Origin: Stegostoma tigrinum
Taxonomy: Eukaryota
Reading direction: 5' to 3'
DNA: 64,000 nt
NCBI RefSeq assembly: GCF_030684315.1
Contig: NC_081396.1
Span: 2,232,001-2,296,000, forward strand
A model generated the notes under the pieces. That model worked only from the letters and a program-made list of their open reading frames with translations, was not told the origin of the DNA and searched no databases. Shown here in pieces: positions 51,984 through 64,000 of the stretch (the stretch's first letter is position 1; every line of letters starts with the position of its first letter). A program made the translations under genes and the position numbers.

Positions 51984-54153
51984 ACATCAAGAATTAATAT
52001 AGCAGATTAGAGGGGAGAAATACTGCAGGAAGTAACTTAATTCCTTACTTCCTCGTTTAAACATGAGATCCCGGTGTATGAATGTGAAACACAACAGTTA
52101 AAGAGCAATTTAAGCCAGCGAACAAAGCTTTTAGGGTCAGTGGGCGTAATTTCATAACTAGCACTACATGATAGCAAAGTAAAGGGGCTGCGTTTGGTCA
52201 CTTATCTGGAGTCCATCCATTCTCACGTGATTTTCTTCTTTGTTTTCATTTTGCTTCTGCTGTTTTATTTCACTTTATTTTCATTTTCCTTTCTTCCTTC
52301 TTTTCTGTGACAGGTTTGTCTGCAATACCTATGTGGCAGCGAGAGAGGGCTGCATGTGGATTGGCAGTGATGGATCTTTGATGTGAACTTCTTCTGTTAC
52401 TACGTGTTATGCTCTAAATGAAGCTGCACAAACTAACCCGAGTAGTTTGTGTTTATCCCTTGGAGGAACTGAACTGCAGGTTAATCTGCTCAGGCTCAGA
52501 TCCAGCTGATTACCACTCAAGTTGAGGTTTCAATTTGGATGGACGGGAAAGTTTTCTCCTGTGCGAGGGCCAATGATCTTTCTGGTTAGAGCAGGAGGTT
52601 TAGAGGGAATGTGAGGGTAAATATCTCACAAAGGTAGTGGCATGAATCTGGAAATGGCTGTCTGTATACGTTGCAGAAACTGAATCCTAAATATCTGGGT
52701 GCTTAAATGTGCATTTGTAATGTCGAGACATACAATACTATATGTTAAACGATGGAAAATGGGATTTGCTTAGTCAGGTGATTGCTTTTGACCAGCTCAA
52801 ATCCAATGCCTGAAGGTCCTTTCAATTTGCTATGAACCTCTCTGATGCCATAAGCAGCTATGGTTAAGTCAGTTTGATAAGTGATGAGACAATGTTTGCA
52901 AAATGCACCCAAACGAGGCCGAAGTCAAAACTACAATCGCTGGACCCATGGTAAGACTCTTAAGCCATTATGGCAATTGTACCATTGATGGTATGGCATC
53001 TATCTGAGATCCGACAGAATTGTTGCCAACATGGATATGAACTTGAATGGCAATGCTCGTCATAAGAGCAATCCAAAACAAAATCACTGCCACTGTCTCG
53101 GACAAATGGTCCCCATTTCGTAAAGCTGTGAATTTCACTCTTTAAAGTAAACACCCTTCTCCTCGGTTGTTTTCTTCATTACCTCTTCTTTCTTACAGGA
53201 ATTTTCCATCATTTTATTTACATTAATTCCGTTATTTTATGACTTACTCCGGTGAAATGCACTTCCACGTTTTGAATCATAACCATTTCAAACCTAGACC
53301 CTGAACAAATTCAGTGAGAAGTTTTCAGTCATTTCTTGCCAGAGGTCTGGAATTAGACGAGTTGCCTGCATCTTACACACTCTAGCCTGCTTCCCAGAGT
53401 TACGGGCGGCACAGTGTCTCAATGACTTGGTGGATGGCACTGCTGCCTCACTGCACTCACGACCTGAGTTTGATTCTCGCCTGGGGCGACTGCCTGTGTG
53501 GAATTTGCACATTCGCCCACAGTCCAAAGATGTGCAGGCGAGGTGGATTGGTCTTGCTAAATTGCCCATAGTGCTCAGGGATGTGTAGATTAGGTGGGTT
53601 ATTGGGGTATGGGTCTGGGTGGAATGCTTGAAGGTCCGTGTGGACTTGTTGGACCGAAGGGCCTGTTTCCACACTGTAGGGATTCTATTATTCCATGAAA
53701 TAAACGTTAATTGGTGCACTCCTTCGCTGCAGCTCAGATTTAAAAGCAGGCTTCTTTTAGCATCAGCCTGGTGCATATCTATTTGCAGGACATCCGCCGG
53801 AAAAAAAAATCAGAATATCACAACTTTGCTTTCTTCACATTGAAATTCAGGGTGACAATATGAACAATTTCAAACAAAATGCAAAGGGCTATGAAGGAGA
53901 ATGTTACTGATACTATATCTCTGACCGTCCAGGTCCCAGGCCAAAGACATGCTTGATAGAAACACAAGTGGATCGTGAACCCAGTTGTCATCTGGAAAGC
54001 AAGCCAGGATGTGTAAGATGCAGGCAAATAGATGGGTTTGTGCACATCTGCTGAAAGAGACACCGGGATCTCATGTTTAAACGAGGAAGTAAGGAATTAA
54101 GTTACTTCCTGCAGTATTTCTCCCCTCTAATCTGCTATATTAATTCTTGATGT
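51984..54153. repeat. ~93-bp apparently perfect inverted repeat pair (51984-52076 and 54061-54153)
   Basis: ACATCAAGAATTAATATAGC...ACATGAGATCCCGGTG is the reverse complement of CACCGGGATCTCATG...TTAATTCTTGATGT. Confidence 0.9.
53403..53690 (+). mobile_element. tRNA-derived shark SINE (HE1/V-SINE-like); related copies at ~2806-3100(-), 5750-6030(-), 34025-34360(-), 58915-59175(+)
   Basis: GGGCGGCACAGTG head, CAGTCCAAAGATGTGCAGG core, GGCCTGTTTCCACACTGTAGGGATTCTA tail; recurs in the window. Confidence 0.8.
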
Positions 54154-55370
54154 AGCTGGTGAGTTGTGTTTCTGTTCAATGGCAGATCTTCACATCCACT
54201 CTCCTTACACCCCACACCATATATTCATAGAGGAGATTCAGTGATGGTAACACTGGTGATGAGCCTTGGTGGAACCAGACTGATCATTTGTTCCTGTGTT
54301 GCTAATCGCAATGTCAGTAAAAGCTTTCATCATTTCCGAACAATCAGATTTAGCCCAATGGGCGGTTGGAGTGTCCCGAGTGTTGTGCACAGACCGATCT
54401 TTGCACTAATTGGCATTATCACAGTTAGGCTGAAATGGACTGGCTTGAAGCACGCACACAATGGAGCACAGCTATTCAGTATTCATGCTGAGATGTTGTT
54501 TGGGCGCATAGCGTTTGTAGGTTACTCTACTTTCAGCTGTTCCTTCATTCCAAGTGGAGATAACATAATTCGACAAAATGCCTATAAAATCGGAATTGTG
54601 GAGAAACTCATCGTTCCTCCCAGCATCTGTAGACACAGAAATAGAGCTTATATTTCAAGTTGAATGTGACTTTTCTTCAGAACTGTAAGGAATTGGAAAA
54701 TGATTACTTTTAAATGTTGGCAGAAGAAAGGTGGAAGTGGATATGAATTACTTCGGCATTTTACAAAGATCAGGAGTCAACAGTGAGTTCAATCACTTCA
54801 CACTATGACCTCTCTGCTACTATTTGATTCTGACATAGAGACCACAAATAATCAGGCCTTTTTTTATGTCCAGGTGTAAAATCAAAATAGTAAGGGTGTC
54901 CTTCTGAAGAAGAATCATTACGGCCTCGCAACATCCATTCAGTTTTTTTCTCTCCCCAGATGTTACACAACATGCTAAATTTCTCCATAATTCTCTTTTA
55001 AAAAAGCTTCAAGAAGTTTCTTCACTTTTTTAAAAAAAGAATGTATTCAATTTATTGCGTCTTTTTGCCTTTACTGTCAGATGAGCTGAAACATTAGGTC
55101 CACTTTAAAGCGATCATTGCCATTAAACTTTCATCAAAATTTCCTTTTTCATAACTGTCAGGACTTGATTTCTTTGTTCCCTCTGCGCCCCTTCACAAAG
55201 TGTTCCATTGACTTTTCTTTCTCTTGCATTAGCAAAATAGAAAACAACAAGAAAGGAAGGAAGAAATAAAAGATGAAAAAAAGGAAGGGAGAAATGAAAG
55301 AAGAAAGAAAGGAATGTAGAAAGGAAGGTAGAAAGATAGAAAAGAAGGAAAGAAGAAAGGAAGAATGACA

Positions 55371-55508
55371 NNNNNNNNNNNNNNNNNNNNNNNNNNNNNN
55401 NNNNNNNNNNNNNNNNNNNNNNNNNNNNNNNNNNNNNNNNNNNNNNNNNNNNNNNNNNNNNNNNNNNNNNNNNNNNNNNNNNNNNNNNNNNNNNNNNNNN
55501 NNNNNNNN
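55371..55508. other. Assembly gap (N run) preceded by a GAA-rich low-complexity tract
   Basis: Run of n characters. Confidence 0.99.
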
Positions 55509-57606
55509 ACTTTTCACATCCTCGGGATATCCCAAAAATTTTATGTCCTTTTTCTTTCACTTGTAATGTTGGAAATACAAAATCAAATAAAAAAAACAAG
55601 ATTCCACTAAAATGGAATTTTGGGAGAACCTAGCAACAAACTGGTTTCAGTCCCAATCTATGACGGACAGATTTTGGTCAAGGACGGCGGAGTTAAAATT
55701 CCATGTCCTTTCTGGGATATCAGCAGTGGGATATCAAAATCTCCAACTGACAGGGTAGACACAGACTGCGGTTTAGAATTTCATCCAGGAAAACAGTGCG
55801 CCTGCTAACTCAGTGTTCTTTCAGCATCCACAACAGGGAAGTGTCATTGCTGGTCTAGGGGACTAAAGCATCTAAAGTTTGGCTTGATGAATGCATGATG
55901 TCTGACTCCAGGGAGTGAGAGGAAGACAGTGCCAATCACTGAGTCACAAAAATACATGAGACTTCTTTTTTCAATTTAATACAACCAATGACCCTGGTGA
56001 AGGGAGAACTCAGTACTTTCTGTAGCTGCTTTCTGAACTTGATCTGGGACTCTGTGTATACGAAGCCATTGTTGCAAGAAAAGAGTAACTAGAGCATGCA
56101 GGCTTTGTCTTGAAAGATATATTGGAATCATTGATGTCCACGCCAGGGAAGTGACCTTCATCTGTCACCAAGATGTAGAGAAAATGTCCAACATGCATGA
56201 CTCACAGCCAGATGAATCTTGGAGAGATTTGAAGAGAAGAACAATGGATTTCTTTTCTGTTGGCCATTACAAAGCAGTCTCAAACCACCAACTATTGTCT
56301 GAATCAAGCTGTCGGTTAAACTATTCCTATGTGTCCAGTTTCCAAAGTAGTGTTAATTGATTCAAATCCAATGCCGAATAGAACATTTCCCAATACATAT
56401 ATCATTGCAAACATTGATCACCACAACGTCCGCTTCATGATCACTTGGTCAATCCCCAAGGAGTGCTGCAAAAATTCAGTTTTGATGCGGTGTCTCATGG
56501 CTGAATATGACAAAATGGACTTTTTTAACCTGACACAGACAATCGAAGGAAAATTAACCTAATAAGCATTTCATATAATTCAAACAATGGCCTTCACTGT
56601 AGATCACAAAATGCCTCTGAGTATTAGTAAGATGGGGCCTGAAAACAGACTGTCAAATTCTGATGAGGTATCTCAGATGAAAACCATCTGATTTGAAATG
56701 TCCAATTTTATATGAATTGGAACGGGAAAGCTTGACCACCTGAGATGAGCTTTCTTTTTTAAATAAGTATACTTACAAATCAGAGTAGACATATATTTGT
56801 ACAAAATTAGACGTTTAATCGTATTAGATATTCGGTAAATTTATTAGATTTCTGTAGGCAGTTCACCTCGGTCACAAAGACTGGTTTTGAGAAATATCTT
56901 TGCAAATACGTTTTCTTGGTCAGCGGAACAGCTGAAAAGTATAAACAAGATTACCTCTTAACAATTCAAAGAGACAAATAACGCAGCAACGTGGGTGGAG
57001 GAGCCATACACAATTGTGAAGCAGAGTCACTCTAGACAGGAAACATAAAACACTACTTCGAACCTAACAGACAGCCTAAAGATCTCAAAAATGACTTGAT
57101 GGAACTACATTGATGTGATGTGAAAGGTGTGACATGTAATGTATTTTTAAATCATGGCAATAAAATCAATCCTGTTACCACATTTCTGTTTTAAACCATC
57201 TCACAACATGCAAAGTAAAAAGTTGTAAAAGACAGCTGCCAGACAGGGAGGCTAGACTTGTTTAATTTCTCCAAATAGGGCATGAGGGAAATGCTGAAAG
57301 GCGTTTTGCTGCATTAGAATCCAACATAATGCTAAATAGTAAAAGTGATTATATTCGTGCAATGTCACCCATTATGCTTCATTGTCTAGCAATCGATTTG
57401 ATTTTATTTATTTCAAATTATATAGCAAAGAGTAAATAATATCTTCTAATGCTCGATTATGCAGGAGCATGTGATGCAACACAATTCACCAGGAAACAGT
57501 AAAACAACTTCAAAAAAAAGAAAACTTTCATATGGTTTGAGCGTTGCTAAAAGGTCAGTATTTCTTGCCCATCTCTGAACTGCCCTTGAACTTTCTCGGA
57601 TGTTTC

Positions 57607-58407
57607 ACATTTATTCCTGTTCTATTGAATGCAGCTACCAACGGCAGATGTTCCGATATCTAAAATCATCTACTTTATATTTTCACTTGTCTGTTGGATT
57701 TTAGGTGCCAGATTAGTTCATGTGAAACAAAACGAGAAAATTTGCAGTGGACCTGGACTCTGAAGTAGACAAGACCAGGGAAGGGTAGCGGAGGCATCCT
57801 CCCTAAAGATGAACAGAGACCCAGATAGGGTTTTACAGTAAACGATGGCATTTTCATTGTCACTGTTACTGAGACTAGCTTTCAACTTCAGGTCCATTAT
57901 TAACTGCAAAGGAAGAGAGACTTTTTCCGGATACCTACAAAAACAAAAACTTATTTGGGATGGACTACTCACCAGAGTTACGACTAACAGCGGGAATGGG
58001 ATAGCAAATGGGAAAATTCGCAGACTCATGCATCTCCCTTCAGAAATGGGAGAAATGACTATAACTGTAGACCTTACCTGCATGGAACGCTGAGATTGTT
58101 CCTCTTTTATTCTGTGTCAGACTGTCTGGAGGGATAATTAACTTACAGCAAGTACTTTAGTTACACTTCAGTGAACAAAAAGAAACATGTAGTTTCATGC
58201 CTTCAGTTTTTATCAGTGACAAAGCAAACTGTTACTGTATATCTATGATAGAACTGTTGTTGAGGATTCTGAGCTTCCCTCCTTTTCACAACATTTATTC
58301 CTGTTCTATTGAATGCAGCTACCAACGGCAGATGTTCCGATATCTAAAAACATCTACTTTATATTTTCACTTATCTGTTGGATTTTAGGTGCCAGATTAG
58401 TTCATGT
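57607..58407 (+). repeat. 117-bp near-identical direct repeat pair (57607-57723 and 58291-58407)
   Basis: ACATTTATTCCTGTTCTATTGAATGCAGC...GATTAGTTCATGT occurs twice; two mismatches seen. Confidence 0.9.
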
Positions 58408-59679
58408 ATTCGGTTTATTTCTAAGAATGTTTACGTTAGTTGCATCAAAATTAGCTCAATATTTTAATAGAGTTTTAGCTGATGTACGTGAAATTATTGT
58501 TAGCGAAAGTGGGATGGCATCCTGGGCTGTGGCCATCTAAATTTCTGGATGAAGCAGAATATGCAATATGCTTCTTTTCTTGAGTTCAACCATAAATGCA
58601 GAAAGTGCCAGAAAATGGTCTATTCTGCTATAATTAAAGGCATTGTCAACTGAAGTAATAGTTGAAATATGATTAAGAAATAAGACGCTAACGGCGACAC
58701 AGTTAGTGCCACTTGCAAAAATACCTGCTTTGGTGTGCTAAGAACTGAGAAAGTGCTAAGGGTAATGTGAACAGCGACAACGCTATTGTAATATTGACAT
58801 AATAAAACAATCATTTATTTTGGCAACAATGCAAGATATACTCAGTCACGGACGATTGTTGCATTGAACACTTTGTTTCAAAGACATGGCTTTGTGTGAT
58901 TTCGAATACTTTTCCTAGTGTGTATTAGTAGCTCAGCAATTAACACTGTTGCCTTATAGCTCCAGCAACTAGATTCGATACTACCCTTGCATGACTGCCC
59001 ACGTGGAGTTTGCACATCTTCTTCGTCCATCCCTGGGTTTTCTCACAGTCCAAGGATGAAAAACTTGGGTGAATTGGTCATGGGATATGCAAATAGATTG
59101 GGTGATAGCATTTGGTGGGTGATGTGACCTCGATGGGCCGAATGGCCTGCTCTCTCATTTCAAGAATTCTATGACTCTCGTGTAAGTCAGAGAAGTAAAT
59201 GGCCATGGAGACGAATTACTAAATATTTCTTACAACAGTACAGATAAGGAAATGGCCATGGAGCCTAAATATTGCTTTCAGCAGTGCAACTGAGACAGGG
59301 CCAAGGTAGTATGGAAAGGCGCATCACGTGTGTGCTAGCACCTGAAGATGACATCATCAGTTGGGGAGCCATTCAAGTGGACGGAGCAACAGGAAATGCA
59401 TGATGGTAAGGATCAATATATTTCTGATTCTCTTTGAGAGTTACGAAATCCATGACTAATACCTTATTAGTAATCAGCAAGGCCATCATCTCTCGCATTG
59501 CAGTACAGAGAGTTCTGACCTGGTGATTGTTATCCAGATGGAGAAATGCACTTCCGAGTTTTCCACAGGAACAACTGAACGCACCCTGATTCCAATAACA
59601 CAAAGCTTAGAGTATGGGTTTTTATCGCTCCTCAGTAGCACCATCCCTGACCCGGCTGCAGGCAGCTGGCACTCTGGGG

Positions 59680-60030
59680 AGGTGATGGCCTAGTGATATC
59701 ATCAATGGAGTATCAACGCAGCGACCCAGGTAACGCTCTGGGGACCTGGGTTCGAATTCCACCATGGCAGATGGTGGAATTTGAATTCAGTAAAATATCT
59801 GGCATCAACAATCTAATGATGACCATTGTCAGTTGTTGGGGGGAAACCCACTTAGTTCCCTCACGTCCTTTCAGGAAGGAAACAGCCATCCTTACATGGT
59901 CTGGCATTCATTTGACTCCATATCCACAGCAATGTGGTCGACTCTTAACTGCGCTTTTGGTAATTTGGAATGTGCAATAAATGCTGCCTGGCCAGTGACA
60001 CCCTCATCTCAAGAATGAATAAAAGAAAAA
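59680..60030 (+). mobile_element. Second tRNA-derived SINE family; related copies at ~38770-39095 and 60385-60730
   Basis: A/B-box-like head (TGGCCTAGTG...GGTTCGAATTCC), shared GAAGGAAAC..CCATCCTTAC core, GAATGAATAAAA tail. Confidence 0.75.
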
Positions 60031-61346
60031 AAAGCCTCACCAATATAAGGGTGTATGATGAAGTCTCATAAAATTTGCTTCGAAAATGCCTACAATGACT
60101 GTAGCCACCAATGACCAGTGCCAGTGATCGGGAACAAAGTGTGGGCCTGTTCCTTTCAGAAGAGAAATAGTTTCAAAGCCGATACAGTCAATGATAAAGC
60201 TTCGTCAATTGCACAAGTATCCTGGAACCAGTGCATCAAAGAGACTTCGCAATTTTTAAACAAACTGCTGTTTTGGCTGTTTGTAGCTTGTACGAATTCC
60301 TTAAAATTGGTAATATTCTCAAATGGACTAATTAAGTAATTGACTATCAGCTAATGATCAGCTCTCAATCTTTGATGAGAGGGAATGCGATGTCTTAGTG
60401 TTGGACTGTTAATCCAGAGATTTAGGCAATGTTCTGGGTGCCAGGATTCATAGCCCAACATGGCAGAAAGTGGAATTTGAATTCAATAAAAATTTGGTAA
60501 TTAGGACTATACCGCTGACTGAGAATCCTTTGTTGATTTCAAAAAAAAAGAACATCCGCCTGCTTGACTATTATCATTTAGTGAAGGAAACTGCTGTTCT
60601 CACCTGGTATGACATACACGTGACTCCACCAACCTGGTTGATTCTCAACTGCCCTCTGGACAATTAGAGATTGGCAATCAATGATAGCCGAGCCAGCAAT
60701 GCTCACACGCCATGAATGAATAAAAAGAATAACGAAGCAGAATGCGTGTTTGCTGGTTGGGATGAGGGCGATTAAGGCAGGAGGCTCGGGTGAAAGTTTT
60801 GACGTGAGTACTAACTCTGGGCAGGTTGATTTAAAAAAAAGTAATGATAACATTTCTAACAGTGTGGTGGCAATGCCTGGATCTCTAAGCAAGGAAATCA
60901 CATCTGCTCTAAAGATGTTAATCCACGCATCTGAACATGGTGTTTCAGAATTACTTTAAAGCAGCATTGCAGCCGACATGAAGGACTTGAATCTGAGAAC
61001 GGAAAAGAAATTGGCATTACATTCTTTTTGTCAAAAATGGTCCGAGTGAGTCTGCGTGTGTGTTCAAAGCTCTGACCTTCTGTCAGCCGTTTTGCTTGAT
61101 TATTTCCAACCAAAGCAACAATATTTTAGACAGGGAACATTGCACTGAAAGGTTAAGTTTTAAGTAGGATGATGTGATATTTTAAGTAACTGAATCAGCG
61201 TGTATAAAATTCGACGAAATAAGATTCCGTGGCAAATCCCCAATGGAAACTGTAATCGGTTGCAAACTAAATGGCATATTGAAAATGTGGGGGTGAGAAA
61301 AGGTGGGAACAGGCGTTTAAAATAGGAGAATTCAGAATAATCTGAA

Positions 61347-61466
61347 GAAGGGTCCAGACCTAAAACTTCTGTTTCCTTGTTCCTCTGATGCTACTTGGCC
61401 TGCTGAGTCCATCCGGCTCTGCACTTCGTTATCTCAGATTGTTCATGATCGGCGGTTTCCACTATC
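61347..61466 (+). mobile_element. Very short Penelope-type tail with 15-bp TSD
   Basis: TCAGAATAATCTGAA at 61332-61346 and 61467-61481 flanks the same terminal sequence. Confidence 0.7.
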
Positions 61467-64000
61467 TCAGAATAATCTGAATGACTATTGAGCTCGCTGA
61501 TGTTTTGTTACTGTCGTCAACTTATGACCCCTTCTGCCTGTACTTTTGCTTCAATTATTCTTTTTGCAGTTAACAGTGAACAGGTGCAGGATATAGGCAG
61601 GCTTCTCGAGATTTAGGCATCACTATTTCCGCTCTATCTTTGCAGCTGCAATTGATAGCCATCGCATGCATTCTTCTCCTTGCTGACACTGCAGCTGCCC
61701 CGTACGCAATTTGTATTTTCTGCGCACAATCTGTTTTGAAATTATGAACAGAGAGATTGTTGCTGAAGGTATTTTCCTGTCATTGGGAAGATCATCACCG
61801 AAATGCCCTTAATGTACCCCGACTGAATTTTTCCTGCGCTAAAAGCTGATAGGCTTAAGAAGTATCACACAGAACCATCGAGTACATTCTTCTCCGCATT
61901 AACTCACGACATGAATGGTTGGTATTTCTTCTCTGCAAAACTCCAGTCTCACCATATCTGTGCCAATAGTAATGCTACTTATTGCTGATGGAAAAGATGG
62001 TTATAATGATCTAAATTTAGCTAGTTCTGATTGTTGGTGTCATTATTACATCTGGTTACTGGATCTATAGGAAATGGTGAAACATCCATTTTGTTGATAT
62101 GACCTTTGAAGTAGAAATTGATGACGCAATAAAATAAACTTGAACACAACTGTTCACCCCAGTTCTGATATTGTCTTCATCCTTGGCATACTCCATGATT
62201 CTCTCTTTGTCTCATTGGTGAGAATGAGAATTGGAATTTCAGAATTATTAACTGGTTGTTCACCCACGATTAACAGATCAGCAAAACTTATCAAAGTAAC
62301 TGTCGACACTAGCGTGAACATTGATACTGTTGTCACGAGAAGCATAGAATTCTGCAAAGATCCTGATCAGAACTCCAAAACTAGATTTTCATGCAGTTCA
62401 CCAGAGAGGCAATTTTACGGTGAAGCAGGTGAAATAGATTGAAGTCCACGCTTTAACTCACGGGGATGTCTTTCTCAAATTAAATATAATGCTCAACTTT
62501 GTTTGGTGACTGGTCCCTATGAATATCTTCATTATGAGATCATTATTTAATCCTATATGGTCGCGCAGTGCCGTATCTACTAAGACCTCCTCTTCAGGTG
62601 ACTCCACAACGGACAATTGTAAGAAATTATCGTGAACATTTTCCATGAACTCCCCATTGAGGCTGCCTTTAACCTTTGAACATTTATAGTATAAATGTAG
62701 GTTACACCATCCCATGATTACATGGAACTACTGACAGTGACCATTGCTTCATATTTTATGCTGTACTTACTTTCTGATATGGGGGTGTGGCCACACACCA
62801 TCCGCATTTCCTGCCTTTATGGTTTCACTCTCTCACCGAAACGGATTTTAATTCCTAGTTTCTCTAAGTTTGTGTTCCACTCTATTATATTTAATGTATA
62901 TTACACTAACATAGCTAACCTCCACAATTTTCTACTTTCCTATCCTTCTTCAAACCTATATCCTTCCAATATTCAGATACCATTTCGTGTAGTTTTTTTC
63001 AGATGCCTCTAAGATATCCGCTAGATTATGCTTATTCACTTTGATTTACACTTTTGGTTTATTTATTTTGTTGAGAGTGTAACGCACATTCAGATACAGA
63101 GGCACTTAACACTTTATAGTTTTTTTGTATCCTCTCGTCATTTCTCTGATGTCTCCCTTAGATTTGTACTCTCTGTAACCTTATGTGATGGCCAGTTTTT
63201 TGTCACATTTAAACTATATCTTTCTTGGTACGTTTTCCATAATTTCATTTTTTATCCTATACCATTTAGTTTCAAATCTTCCCTACTTTCCTAATTATTC
63301 CATTGACATTAACAAAAAGTCCCAGCATCATTCAGCTTAATGTTGTCTCATCAGTGCAATTCCCGATATTCTCCCATTTTAGTGCTAGTACTTGACTTCT
63401 TCCACACCAATCTTTCAACGAATCATTTAATCTCTCTAACTCGATTTTTTCTTATTCCACGCGTTTCAGAAATATCCGAAGTTTCAAAATGACCTTTGAC
63501 ATTCTACTTCATATTCTCGTGCCTCATTCCTTGTACAAATTGTACAAAACTTCTTTTGTCTATCCACCTGTGTCATTCGTACATCTGTGACTTACGAATT
63601 TGGGATCCTGTCCCCATCGACCCTCTCCATCCCACTTTAAGTTCCTCTCCCGTAGAAGATGTGCCTAAAGCCTAGCACCAGTCGGCGGTTTATATGATTC
63701 TGAATGGGATCAATAGTGCAGATACTAAACGGAAGTCTATTCTTGCTCAAGAATCTAGAATGAAGAGGGAAACATTAATGAAAAGTGTAGCTCCATTCAA
63801 GGGGAATTTGTGGAGGAAGTTATTTTCCTTCTGGGCCATCATTCTTTGGGATTCTGTTTCCCTGAGGATAAAGCCTTCAAAGTCATAATTGCTAGCTAAA
63901 GCAAGAATGAGGCTGAATGTGTTTAAATATGCAATGGAGCAAGATGATGAGCAGGATTGGCAAACAAACGGGGAATAGATTGGAGAGAGTCAATTGCATT

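Noticed and set aside
55123-55610. ORFs spanning the N run
   Set aside because: Artefacts of the gap and low-complexity sequence.
61900-62400. Fragments resembling Ig FR3 or TM segments (SSLTIS; FYASRDNSIN on minus)
   Set aside because: Short, on inconsistent strands, and lacking supporting Cys/Trp or RSS.
1-64000. CRISPR arrays, rRNA, true tRNA genes, TCR/Ig constant exons
   Set aside because: None seen; the tRNA-like boxes belong to SINE heads.

Overview
Eukaryotic, repeat-rich genomic DNA, most likely from a cartilaginous fish (shark). This is inferred from the NAR-TCR-type V/J segments, the shark-type GPR139/142-like GPCRs and the repeat families. The first ~19 kb is a jumbled array of T-cell receptor alpha/delta-type V segments in both orientations: one intact TRAV-like gene (3825-4317), its tandem-duplicated twin carrying a stop codon, several decayed V pseudogenes, and a minus-strand NAR-TCR-like V plus J cassette with no visible supporting V. 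The middle holds an intact two-exon GPR139/142-like GPCR (28642-31133) and a pseudogenised paralog (~41378-42255). Beyond these lies an isolated, intact and atypical V segment (47044-47511) with a short CDR2 region, a YYCATW end, a perfect heptamer and a 23-bp spacer; a convergent 12-RSS-like motif sits 2.1 kb downstream. The rest is CR1-type LINE fragments, tRNA-type SINEs, Penelope-like elements (one with a GIY-YIG remnant; several short palindromic derivatives carrying minimal hammerhead-ribozyme cores and 15-bp target-site duplications), short inverted and direct duplications, and an N gap. No constant-region exon was found. Family assignments come from motif recognition by eye, not from database searches.
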